A stretch of DNA of 64,000 bases. Source: a virus. Positions 55,469 through 64,000 of this stretch are shown in pieces. Every line of letters starts with the position of its first letter. Within the stretch, counting starts at the first letter, position 1. The position numbers and the translations under genes were made by a program. A model generated the notes under the pieces. It had not been told where the DNA came from. It saw only the letters and a list, made by a program, of their open reading frames with translations, and did not search any database. Location of the stretch: IMG/VR virus record IMGVR_UViG_3300031463_000006, positions 3,925 through 67,924 of that record; one strand, written 5' to 3'.

Positions 55469-57428
55469 TAGACACACCGATCGTAGAACCAGAATCCCCC
55501 GCCTGCACAACCAAACATGCGGGAAGACCATCAAGCACATCGCGATCGTGCGCCACGACAAATGCTTGCTCGAACCCGTGTCGACCGCGCAGCATGCTTA
55601 CAAGATGCGTCGCGAAAGCACGTCGGTTGGCTTCGTCGAGGGCGCCAAACGGCTCGTCGATGAGCGCAACCGACCAGCTAACATCCCGATTGCGCCGCAA
55701 CCACGATGCCGCCGAAAGCTGAAGCGCCGCGCCTGCAAGATCCTCCGCGGCCCCGCTACGATCGCTTAGCTCGACGTCGAGCCGGTCCATAACCTTTGGG
55801 CCACGCTCAGCTCCACAACGGGGGCATTGCTTGACACGTGTCGACGGGGGAAACGGAGCCCCACACTCACCGCACCATGCGGCAAGGCCAACGCCTTCTC
55901 GGCCCCATAGCACACGGACCTCGAGCGCAATGCCGGCTTCCCGAAGCACCTCGTTCGCGCCGGCTTCGATCTCGCCAAGGGCAGTCTCGGCAATGCGTCG
56001 CTGTGCACCCTGCCGACCAAAGATGCGCAACGCTGCACGTGCAACTCGTTCCTCGTCGGCAATGGTCGCAAGCTGCGTAACTACTTCAGCAAGCTCGGCA
56101 TGCAATTGAGTCATCAGTTCAATTGCATGCTGCACTTGTTCAACTTTGGCCTCGGCTACCGCAAGCTCGCGTTGCGCCGCTTGGGCAGAATCTCGCAGCG
56201 CATTAACTTCCGAAGCTTTGATTTGCGGCGCATGTTTGGCAACTTCAACCGCCGATTTGAGTGCGCTAGCTTGTTGACGCAATGAATCTCGCTGCGCCAC
56301 AAGCCGCACCAATCGATCACGATTACTTGCAGCACTTTCTACGTCTAGTCGCGCGGCGGCTTCTGCGCGGCAAGCCTCGTCGTATTGCACTGCGGCGTCA
56401 TCGTGCAGTTGCCGATTCCGATCCATCGCCGCATTGATCTGATGCGCCGCAGGACAGGCAATACCTGCAACGGGGCAACGACCATCAAACTCACCACGCG
56501 CCAAAGAGCGTTTTTGTTTCAGATTCTCAGCCGCTTGCACTACAGCCGCACGCAATTGCATCAACTGTTCGCGCGCTTCCTTTTCTTTCGCGTCGGTGCC
56601 GGATAGCTCAGCGATTTGACGATTCAATTCCTTTCCTTTGGCAACAATACGATCAAACTCGGCTGCTTGTTCTATCGTGCGCCGAATTTCTTCTTGTTGC
56701 GCAAGCATAGCTTGCGCCTCATCGACCTTCACTTTCGCGGCTTCTACGTCTCGACGCGCTTGTTCGTAACTTGCTTCGAGATGTTTCTTCAATTCATCGT
56801 CATCGACAGAAACTGCACCATACTCTGAAGCCAATCGTTGCAATTGCGCTTCCAACGCCGTGCGTTTTGTTCGCAGATCCGAAGCCTTTATCGAAAGCGT
56901 CGATAGCTTCCCGCGCACGTTCTCTTCACACCGCTGCAACGGCGCCAACCCAAACCAGCCAGACATCAGGTCGAACCGTTCCGACGGCCGTGCAAGCACA
57001 AGACGCGCAAGCTGCTTCTGTCCGAACCAGCACGTTACCTCGAAATCGTCTTTGTCGAATCCAACAACTCGATTCAAGAGATCCTGCGCATCATCGCCAA
57101 CCGAGAACCCGCCCGGCCCTTCAACCGTCAACTGCGTCACACGGCCGCGCTTGCGTTCGCGACGAATAATCCAACCATTATCCGTCACCAACTCAACAAA
57201 TCCACTCTCTTTGTCGCGCGTAATCCAACCATCTTCGCGTGCGGCTCGATGCACTCCAAACAACGCGAATCGTATCGCTTCAACGAATGACGTCTTCCCA
57301 GACCAGTTTGAACGCCGCTTATCATCGGCGTATTGCCCCACGATGCCGTAAATCGTTCCGTCCAACGATATCGAATGCTCGCCGGCATAACGAAGCCAAT
57401 TCAGCAATCGAATTCGCTCAAGGCGCAT
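55461..57428 (-). CDS. sbcC: SbcC/Rad50/gp46-like ATPase
   Basis: Walker A 'SNWSGKTS', Q-loop, coiled coil, Walker B 'LIDEPFGALD' and H-loop 'VAHD'. Confidence 0.9.
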   Translation of the reverse strand: MRLERIRLLNWLRYAGEHSISLDGTIYGIVGQYADDKRRSNWSGKTSFVEAIRFALFGVHRAAREDGWITRDKESGFVELVTDNGWIIRRERKRGRVTQLTVEGPGGFSVGDDAQDLLNRVVGFDKDDFEVTCWFGQKQLARLVLARPSERFDLMSGWFGLAPLQRCEENVRGKLSTLSIKASDLRTKRTALEAQLQRLASEYGAVSVDDDELKKHLEASYEQARRDVEAAKVKVDEAQAMLAQQEEIRRTIEQAAEFDRIVAKGKELNRQIAELSGTDAKEKEAREQLMQLRAAVVQAAENLKQKRSLARGEFDGRCPVAGIACPAAHQINAAMDRNRQLHDDAAVQYDEACRAEAAARLDVESAASNRDRLVRLVAQRDSLRQQASALKSAVEVAKHAPQIKASEVNALRDSAQAAQRELAVAEAKVEQVQHAIELMTQLHAELAEVVTQLATIADEERVARAALRIFGRQGAQRRIAETALGEIEAGANEVLREAGIALEVRVLWGREGVGLAAWCGECGAPFPPSTRVKQCPRCGAERGPKVMDRLDVELSDRSGAAEDLAGAALQLSAASWLRRNRDVSWSVALIDEPFGALDEANRRAFATHLVSMLRGRHGFEQAFVVAHDRDVLDGLPACLVVQAGDSGSTIGVSNG

Positions 57429-57705
57429 GTGACGCCCCCTTCAATCCTTCTCTCACGGCACTTGCGTCAACAACCGGCATCAACTGACGACCGGCCCATG
57501 CTCCAGTAATTAGCTTCTCATACATGCGAACAACCCGATTGCTTGCAGCTTCGAATGCCTGCTTTGCTTGAAAATCATCGAGATTTTCCCGCACAAGCAA
57601 TCCGCAATGTTCGCAAACATGCGCGCGCACATCCATATCATCCGCCAATTCATCAAGCAATGCAATTGCTTGTTTCATCTTCTCGGCCAATTCGATCGGT
57701 GTCAT
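57418..57705 (-). CDS. Hypothetical protein (CEHC)
   Basis: Overlaps both neighbours. Confidence 0.55.
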   Translation of the reverse strand: MTPIELAEKMKQAIALLDELADDMDVRAHVCEHCGLLVRENLDDFQAKQAFEAASNRVVRMYEKLITGAWAGRQLMPVVDASAVREGLKGASHAP

Positions 57706-58142
57706 TACAACCCCTCTTCATCCATAACGGAGGCAACCATTGCAACCAAAGCTGCAAGATCCGCAGGATTCGGCATTCGCGCTTCCGACGCCAACTGCGT
57801 TACCACGTCACGCGGCGTCAACCGACCTTCTTTCGTGTCGACCGATGCGGCCGTAACTACGGCCGGAGCCAATACGGGCGGCACAACTCGCACCGCAACC
57901 GCATGCCCTCGCAGCGATGCAACAACGGCGTCTGTCCACTCGGCGGGCGTGCCTGGAGGCGGCCGCAATCGCACGATCTTTCCCTCGCAATCATGCTCAG
58001 GCAACGGTTCCTTACTAGTCCACACTGGATGATCTTCCGCAATTGTGATAAGCTCGCGCGCACGATGTTCAACAATATGCACACAAAACAGTTCTTTGCT
58101 TTCTGGTTGCACGCCAGTAGCTCTACTTCTACGAGGCATCAT
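57705..58142 (-). CDS. Probable SbcD C-terminal (capping/linker) portion encoded separately
   Basis: 'GKIVRL...AVAVRV...TPRDVV' resembles an SbcD/gp47 C-terminus; has its own GGAGG RBS. Confidence 0.45.
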   Translation of the reverse strand: MMPRRSRATGVQPESKELFCVHIVEHRARELITIAEDHPVWTSKEPLPEHDCEGKIVRLRPPPGTPAEWTDAVVASLRGHAVAVRVVPPVLAPAVVTAASVDTKEGRLTPRDVVTQLASEARMPNPADLAALVAMVASVMDEEGL

Positions 58143-58890
58143 TCACCTCCACAATCACAACACCTGGCGTATTCTCTTCTTCACCGAACGTAAGGCGCTC
58201 GAGGCTTCCAGGAATAATCAACCCGCCACCATAAACGCCACGACCTTCAACAACCCGTCGATGATAATGACCATTGAGCATGAGAACCTTATCGCCCCAT
58301 AGTTGCGCAGCATCATTGACGGGGAATCGCATATCTCGCCCACGCGGCATATCGATCGTTTCACTTCCGGGCGCCAACTCTGGAATCATCAAATGACCAG
58401 CTAGCACAACGGTAAGATTCTTTTCGTCACGATCCGACTTGCCGACACTTCGCACAAACTCGGCGGCGTCATAGTCACGAACGCGAGGCACAAAGGGCAA
58501 GAACACAAATCGCACACTGCCACTGTCAGCAACAAATGGCGTGTCGTGCACAATCGCGCCAGACGCGGCAAGAGGCGTGAGCGTGCTAGTCCCCGAACCA
58601 TCTTCGATGACGTCGTGGTTACCAGTCAACCAAATCGAAACGATGTTTGCACGCTGCAATCGTCGTTCGATCTCAATTGCCTTTGCAATACAACGCGGCG
58701 CTCGATTTGCGCTGGGGTCGCACAAATCACCTAGGAACATGTACATGTCGCAACCTTGCGAGATCGCAAGCTCAACTGTGCGATCTGCCGCCGCGCTAAT
58801 ATCGTCAAAGCGCTCGTATCCGGCCGTGCTCGCATCCAAGTGCCAATCGCTCGTTACCAGTATTCGCATAGTACAATTGCCTTTATGCAA
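58129..58890 (-). CDS. sbcD: SbcD/Mre11/gp47-like metallophosphoesterase nuclease
   Basis: 'SDWH', 'LGDL', 'GNHD', 'GH', 'GHYH' and 'GSL..LTFGE'. Confidence 0.9.
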   Translation of the reverse strand: MHKGNCTMRILVTSDWHLDASTAGYERFDDISAAADRTVELAISQGCDMYMFLGDLCDPSANRAPRCIAKAIEIERRLQRANIVSIWLTGNHDVIEDGSGTSTLTPLAASGAIVHDTPFVADSGSVRFVFLPFVPRVRDYDAAEFVRSVGKSDRDEKNLTVVLAGHLMIPELAPGSETIDMPRGRDMRFPVNDAAQLWGDKVLMLNGHYHRRVVEGRGVYGGGLIIPGSLERLTFGEEENTPGVVIVEVNDAS

Positions 58891-58904
58891 CGGATTCGAA
58901 CGCG

Positions 58905-60152
58905 CTAACCTTCGAACGTATTGTCGGCTTCGACCGTATTGACGGGTTCCTCGGCACCTGGCATTTCTTCTTCGGCGGCAGCTTCGGTGCTACTTTCTCC
59001 GGCAGGATCGCTTTGCGCTTGTAAGAAACTGTCGCGCACTGCGGCTTCAACGTCGTCAACGAGTCCCTGCCGCAATTCGGCCAGGCACTTCGCCTCGCCC
59101 TGCCATCGATGCCGCTCAAACTTCAGCCAAGCGCCCGCGCTTTCTATGATACCAAGCTCTTTCGCTAGCTCCAACACATCACGCGCACGATCGAAGCCAA
59201 CGAATCCCTCGGCGCCGTTTCCGGTATGAAAGAAAGCATCCGCATGCTTGTCATCTTTACCGCCGATTTTGGTTTTCCAAATACGAGCACGATGCCGCTC
59301 GCCAACAATCGAAGCACTTGGCCCATCGCCAACACGAATCCAACTATCGCGCGTTATACGCACGACAAGTGACGCATCATAAATCAGCGACTTGCTACCT
59401 TGTACGCGCCAAGCCATGTCGTATTTCATATCGTTTGCATCGGCCAACGGATCATCGGCTTCGCGCGCAACAATAACAAGCGCAGTATGAGTGCTAGCAA
59501 GAAGCGGCACAAGCTCGTCGAGCCATTGCGACTGCAACGCCGCCTTGTACATCGCAGCCCGGCCACCCATTCCATCAACCGAGCCACGCTTGCCTTGCGC
59601 GCCTTCTTTCGCAATTTTTTCGAGCAAGCGATCTGGAACTAACTTGCGAATCGAATCAATCCCAAGCAACGCCGTTGTTGCAGGATCAAGATTGCCCTTT
59701 TCGCGCGCTTCGGCAATCAATTCGACGAACTCTCGCACAGCATCAACAGTTTGCTCGAACGACGACGGGCGCAACGCAACAAAGCCGGGATGACTTGCAA
59801 AGCGTCCCATCAACTCACCAAGCCACGGCGAAGGCGTCGTGTACTCGGCATCGACAAAGCCGTAAAAATGTGATTGCTCCAAGAACGAAAGCCCGAGCCC
59901 GTGCAAGAACTCGGTCTTCCCGTGATTCGAAGGACCATGCACCGTCGCAATTCGCTCGATCGGCCACCCGCCAACCCGTGTCGCAAAGTCAACCTGCACG
60001 AAGCGCGTCGGCACCGCGCGCACCCGCGTTAGCACTTCGGGCGCCGGTCGCCATGCCGCAAATCGCTCGGCAACCGCTTGCATTTGCGCAAGCCGATCGC
60101 GCGCATCAGCCGGGCTGGACGTCACTACTTGTTCTCGCTTTCGTCTCGCCAT
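58905..60152 (-). CDS. recA: RecA/UvsX-like recombinase
   Basis: 'GGWP..RI..VHGPSNHGKT', 'FVDAE', 'IDSI', 'KTKIG' and 'SAGAW'. Confidence 0.88.
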   Translation of the reverse strand: MARRKREQVVTSSPADARDRLAQMQAVAERFAAWRPAPEVLTRVRAVPTRFVQVDFATRVGGWPIERIATVHGPSNHGKTEFLHGLGLSFLEQSHFYGFVDAEYTTPSPWLGELMGRFASHPGFVALRPSSFEQTVDAVREFVELIAEAREKGNLDPATTALLGIDSIRKLVPDRLLEKIAKEGAQGKRGSVDGMGGRAAMYKAALQSQWLDELVPLLASTHTALVIVAREADDPLADANDMKYDMAWRVQGSKSLIYDASLVVRITRDSWIRVGDGPSASIVGERHRARIWKTKIGGKDDKHADAFFHTGNGAEGFVGFDRARDVLELAKELGIIESAGAWLKFERHRWQGEAKCLAELRQGLVDDVEAAVRDSFLQAQSDPAGESSTEAAAEEEMPGAEEPVNTVEADNTFEG

Positions 60153-60160
60153 GCGCTACC

Positions 60161-61579
60161 TCAGAACGGCAGATCGTCGGCCGGCTCGCCTGGCCATGCC
60201 CCAGACGCTTCGACATCGCCAGGCTCAACACGAGGCACCGGCCCCCTGCTAACCTGCACCGCCGTCGGCCGAGGTTGTCCTTTCTGCGCGACTTCTTTCC
60301 CTGCCGCACCCGAAGCACTTGCCTTGCTCGAAGACGGCGCATTCGCCGACGAACCGGAACTCCCATTGTCATCGTCGATTTCGTAACGTGCGCCACACTT
60401 CCAGCACACTTCGTCGGTCTCGGCCATCGGTGCGCCGCAAGCATCGCAGGGCAACATAACGGTCCCAGGCGGGAATGTCGGCTGTGCCGGTTGCGATTTG
60501 GCTGGCTTGCGCTGCCCCATCGACGCCGATGACGCAGCTCGCGGTTCTTCTTGCGGCGACACGTCCCGCCGCTGCGATTGCTCAACCCGAGGCACTTGTC
60601 GTGGTTGAGCAACTCGCGGCTCTTGTTGCGACAGCACTTGCCCGGTTGCCGCTTCCGCGGCCGCAAACAATGAGTCGAATGGCAGCGAAATCAGCGCGTG
60701 TTGTTCCATGACCGACCGCAATGCGGCCACATTACCACGAGCAATCAACTCACCAATCTCGGGCAACGGCGCATCGTAGATCAAGTCCCGAACCTCGGGC
60801 GTGAGCGCAAGCTTTGGCATGGCGAGCGCGCGATACTTCTTGCCAAATTCTTGCTCTTGCGCACGATACTCCCAACGAATCGCATACGGATGCTTCAACG
60901 GATGGCCTTCTTCTTCGCCAAGGGCATCCATTTGATCGCGAATCACGCGCTTTACCGCATCGCCAAGCGCCGTTGTTTCAATGGCAGTTTGCACGCCTTT
61001 TTCGGGCTCGTTGTGGTCAACGATGCAAAACAAATAATTACACTTCGCAGTTGTGTTCTGTCGCCATGCTTCATCGCGGCGAACGCCAGCACGCTTCAGG
61101 TCGTACAACTCTTGGCGGGTCAAATCGCCACCAAAGCCGTTGTACATGCCGGCCGCCGTCAACACGACGGTCTGCTTCGGGTCGTCGCCTTCGAATTTGA
61201 AGACTGGCTCAAGCCACGAAAGCGCTCCAACACGCACTTGCTCGCGCAAATGTTCGAGTAGCAAACACACCGGACAAATCTTGGGTGGCACAAGCCGCGC
61301 ACCATCATCGGTACGTCGATGCTGGCGTCGCAACACGTCTTCGTTCTCCCAACAATTGAAGAAGCCAGACCAGACCTCGGTGCTTGTGTCGCCATCGTGT
61401 TCGATCTCAACAAGCCGAGGCCAACCATGCCGCCAAAGCGCAATGATGCGTCCCTTGGTATGCAGCCACGTGTCAATAATTGGCGGCTGACGTTTACGCC
61501 AGTTGAGCACCTTACCGCTACTTCCACGAAACGAGCTGCTATGGCCCAGAAACTCGTCCAACCCCATGCCTTGTGTCAT
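60161..61579 (-). CDS. Putative single-stranded DNA-binding protein (gp32-like)
   Basis: 'CPVC'; position among recombination genes; acidic tail 'DDLPF'. Confidence 0.6.
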   Translation of the reverse strand: MTQGMGLDEFLGHSSSFRGSSGKVLNWRKRQPPIIDTWLHTKGRIIALWRHGWPRLVEIEHDGDTSTEVWSGFFNCWENEDVLRRQHRRTDDGARLVPPKICPVCLLLEHLREQVRVGALSWLEPVFKFEGDDPKQTVVLTAAGMYNGFGGDLTRQELYDLKRAGVRRDEAWRQNTTAKCNYLFCIVDHNEPEKGVQTAIETTALGDAVKRVIRDQMDALGEEEGHPLKHPYAIRWEYRAQEQEFGKKYRALAMPKLALTPEVRDLIYDAPLPEIGELIARGNVAALRSVMEQHALISLPFDSLFAAAEAATGQVLSQQEPRVAQPRQVPRVEQSQRRDVSPQEEPRAASSASMGQRKPAKSQPAQPTFPPGTVMLPCDACGAPMAETDEVCWKCGARYEIDDDNGSSGSSANAPSSSKASASGAAGKEVAQKGQPRPTAVQVSRGPVPRVEPGDVEASGAWPGEPADDLPF

Positions 61580-61645
61580 CGTCTTTTCCTCGAATTCGTA
61601 TCACAACAACTGCGCCGCAGACTCGCCGGTTCCGCGGTTCGCTTG

Positions 61646-62086
61646 CTACAAGCTAGGATTCGTCCACACGGTATATTGATATGATTGCTGCGTAATTTCC
61701 TCCAGCGCCAAAGCAAGCGGCTTGGCAACCCAACGTTCCAAGTAGCCTCGCATTGCCTCTTGATGCCGCTTTGGCACCGGGCACGTCGCTAATCGCACTT
61801 CGGTCAATGCGAATTCCAACCTGTATACGCACGCCCGAGTAATTCGCAACCGATGCCTAATATCATCATATTTCTCTGCGGCGCTTTCGCGCGCGGCGGC
61901 ATCTGATTGCTGTGTTATCGTTTTCAGCGCATCATCAATCTGCTTTGCGACGTAAATCTCCAAATACTCACGCATCGCATCTTGATGCTCCTTCTCAATC
62001 GTGCATTGACGCAACCGAGCTGCCCGCAAAGCGCGTTTCAATTGATCAACAATCGAAAGGTTGATTCGAAGCCGCTTCGAATTCAT
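61646..62086 (-). CDS. Hypothetical protein with a duplicated helical motif
   Basis: HQDAMREYLEIYVAKQIDDALKTITQQS and HQEAMRGYLERWVAKPLALALEEITQQS. Confidence 0.55.
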   Translation of the reverse strand: MNSKRLRINLSIVDQLKRALRAARLRQCTIEKEHQDAMREYLEIYVAKQIDDALKTITQQSDAAARESAAEKYDDIRHRLRITRACVYRLEFALTEVRLATCPVPKRHQEAMRGYLERWVAKPLALALEEITQQSYQYTVWTNPSL

Positions 62087-62745
62087 CGTCGGGCCTCCAA
62101 CTGCTTTGCCAGCGAAAAGCATCGAGTCTTCCAAAGCTCAGCGAAACGCTCCAAATGTTCGAGCATCTTGCGTCCTTTAACCCGGCGTTCCGCCAAATCG
62201 CGCCACTCGTCGGGAAACATCACCAAACACTTGTGCTTCACGTCTTCTTGCGTGATCTGTTTGGAGCGCTGCCCCGTTTCTTTTTCACGCTCCAACTCTG
62301 TCCGCGCTTGCGCAGCCATGCCAGCTTCGATGATATCAGCATCAATGCTGAAACGTTCATATTCAAGACGCGCGTTCACATATAGCTTATGCGCTCGCCT
62401 CGCATTATCCTCGGCATCGTCAAGTGCACGCGAAACCGAATCGAATTCACGAGTTCCGAGTTTCATCGCACGCTCGAGTTCGTCGTACTCTGCATTTGGA
62501 TCTGGCAACGTGAAAATGCGTTCTTGAACCGCCAAATATCCGTCTTCAAGTGTCGGCAACGACTGCGCATGCGTTCTCGCTGCATCGGCAGGGCTTACAA
62601 TTCCAGCCGCACGAGCGCGAATGTCAGCCTCATCGTCCGTTGCACGGTTCTGGAAAGACGGGGTTGCAGGGTGCGCAAGGTTCAAAGGCGAATTCAAGAC
62701 AGACTGCGAAGCCATGCGCCGCCTTTTTCTAGTTACCTCTTCCAT
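62083..62745 (-). CDS. Putative UvsY-like recombination mediator
   Basis: Coiled coil with 'ITQEDVK...WKTRCFSL'; lies near the SSB and RecA genes. Confidence 0.45.
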   Translation of the reverse strand: MEEVTRKRRRMASQSVLNSPLNLAHPATPSFQNRATDDEADIRARAAGIVSPADAARTHAQSLPTLEDGYLAVQERIFTLPDPNAEYDELERAMKLGTREFDSVSRALDDAEDNARRAHKLYVNARLEYERFSIDADIIEAGMAAQARTELEREKETGQRSKQITQEDVKHKCLVMFPDEWRDLAERRVKGRKMLEHLERFAELWKTRCFSLAKQLEARR

Positions 62746-62762
62746 ACGGGCCTCCTATTCAT

Positions 62763-64000
62763 TCAATGGCGCGGGCCAACCGCTTTCAGCGAAAACAGGC
62801 CCAACTGTTTCGTGTCGTCCTGCTCCTTCGGCGGCACTGCCGATATGGGGGCGGACGATACCACCACGACCGGCTGCCGAATACGCCGCGGACGAATTCG
62901 CGCGAACCGGCCGTCCCAATCCACAGCCGGAAAAGCTGCCTCGAGCAACCGAGCGGTCGGCGGCCAAACGTGTTTTTCCCACGCATCGATGCGATCAAAC
63001 TCGCCAGTCCAATCGCCTACTGGAGCAACAACACGTTCCGCACCATTCACGACAAAATAATCAATACGTGCGCCAACACCGACACCTTCTCCGCGCTCTG
63101 CCAACATAGCAGCAACGCGAACATGCGGAGGCAAATCACCAAATCCGCCGTTCTTCTTCTCACGAGGCACGTAATCTCCAACTGGGCGAGCCAATCGTTT
63201 CGACAGTTTCACATCATCGACTAACAATTGGCCTTCGAGAACAAGCGTTCGATATCGCTCAACAAGCGCAACAAACACTTCGGGATTCTCGGCGCATTCT
63301 TCACGACGCGACGTCTTGTACGCCGATTCATCAGCGCACGCAGGAATTTCAACACCGCCTCCCATAAGCAAATCGATCACCTCGGCCTGAAGACGACGTG
63401 CAAGCCGCATCGAATCGCCGCGCTTGTACTCCAAGCCCTTCACTTCCGGCTTGGATTCTTCATTCGCCGGCTCCCCCTTGTAATGCTCATACCGTCCGAT
63501 GTATCGCTTCGCGCCTACGAACAGAATGCGCTCAAACTTCTTTTCATACGCCAGCTTGATCGCATTCCGAATACAACCACGTTCCGCAACAAGACGAGGA
63601 TACAATTCTTCGTTGCAATGCGCTACAAATTCGCGCACACGCGCATCGCTAGCGCCCTGCAAAAACCCGGAATCGGTATCACCATAGACGGCCGTCATTC
63701 CCCACGACTTCGCCTCGTTTAACGTCTGTTCGATAAGCCAACGCGCAGTGCTCGTAATACTTTCGGCAACTCGTTTCTCATACAAGCGCGAAACTTGAGC
63801 GCCAACAACACCGAAAAAGCTATTTGCCGCGATCTTGTACGCAGTGCTTCGGCGCATAGCATCAACCCAGGCAGACGAACCAGGCGCAGCATGCGCCGCT
63901 TTCTCACTCCATTCTTTGCGCATGCGCAGCAACTCTTCCAAAGCAACCGCAAGCAACCCTCGAGGTTCGTTGACGAACAACATTCCATTCGATGGCACTT
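62763..64000 (-). CDS. polB: Family B DNA polymerase, C-terminal part (5' end outside the window)
   Basis: 'KIAANSFFG', 'YGDTDS', 'KRY' and 'KGLE..RGD'. Confidence 0.95.
   Translation of the reverse strand, partial: VPSNGMLFVNEPRGLLAVALEELLRMRKEWSEKAAHAAPGSSAWVDAMRRSTAYKIAANSFFGVVGAQVSRLYEKRVAESITSTARWLIEQTLNEAKSWGMTAVYGDTDSGFLQGASDARVREFVAHCNEELYPRLVAERGCIRNAIKLAYEKKFERILFVGAKRYIGRYEHYKGEPANEESKPEVKGLEYKRGDSMRLARRLQAEVIDLLMGGGVEIPACADESAYKTSRREECAENPEVFVALVERYRTLVLEGQLLVDDVKLSKRLARPVGDYVPREKKNGGFGDLPPHVRVAAMLAERGEGVGVGARIDYFVVNGAERVVAPVGDWTGEFDRIDAWEKHVWPPTARLLEAAFPAVDWDGRFARIRPRRIRQPVVVVSSAPISAVPPKEQDDTKQLGLFSLKAVGPRH

Noticed and set aside
1-64000. tRNA or rRNA genes
   Set aside because: No cloverleaf or rRNA-like segments were recognised by eye; tRNAscan-SE was not run.

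Overview
This 64-kb window is an internal segment of a large tailed phage with a contractile (myovirus-type) tail. Nearly all genes are on the minus strand and no host genes are evident. In transcription order (right to left) it contains five blocks. (1) Replication and recombination: PolB, a UvsY-like protein, SSB, RecA/UvsX, a split SbcD, SbcC, a DNA methyltransferase and a Holliday-junction resolvase. (2) An array-less type IV-B-like CRISPR effector operon (csf1-cas11-csf2-csf3) that runs into a methyltransferase and a radical SAM gene instead of cysH. (3) Accessory genes: PcfJ-like, an AcrIII-1/DUF1874-like protein with His changed to Tyr, and repeated 28-bp leaders. (4) Putative TerS, a Nmad1/DUF1599-like gene, a 34-bp perfect palindrome, a repeat-rich non-coding region, an amidoligase/GGCT operon, a serine recombinase and a ParB-methyltransferase. 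(5) TerL, carrying an intein with Ala at +1, followed by head and tail genes. Enzymes are interspersed in the head module: a RelA/SpoT-phosphatase fusion, a C39 peptidase and topoisomerase IB. These share a short LxxWA(R/A) peptide with two small proteins, and four of the five carriers end it in Gly-Gly. This suggests a double-glycine cargo tag processed by the phage's own C39 peptidase. All calls come from reading motifs by eye; no database searches were run.
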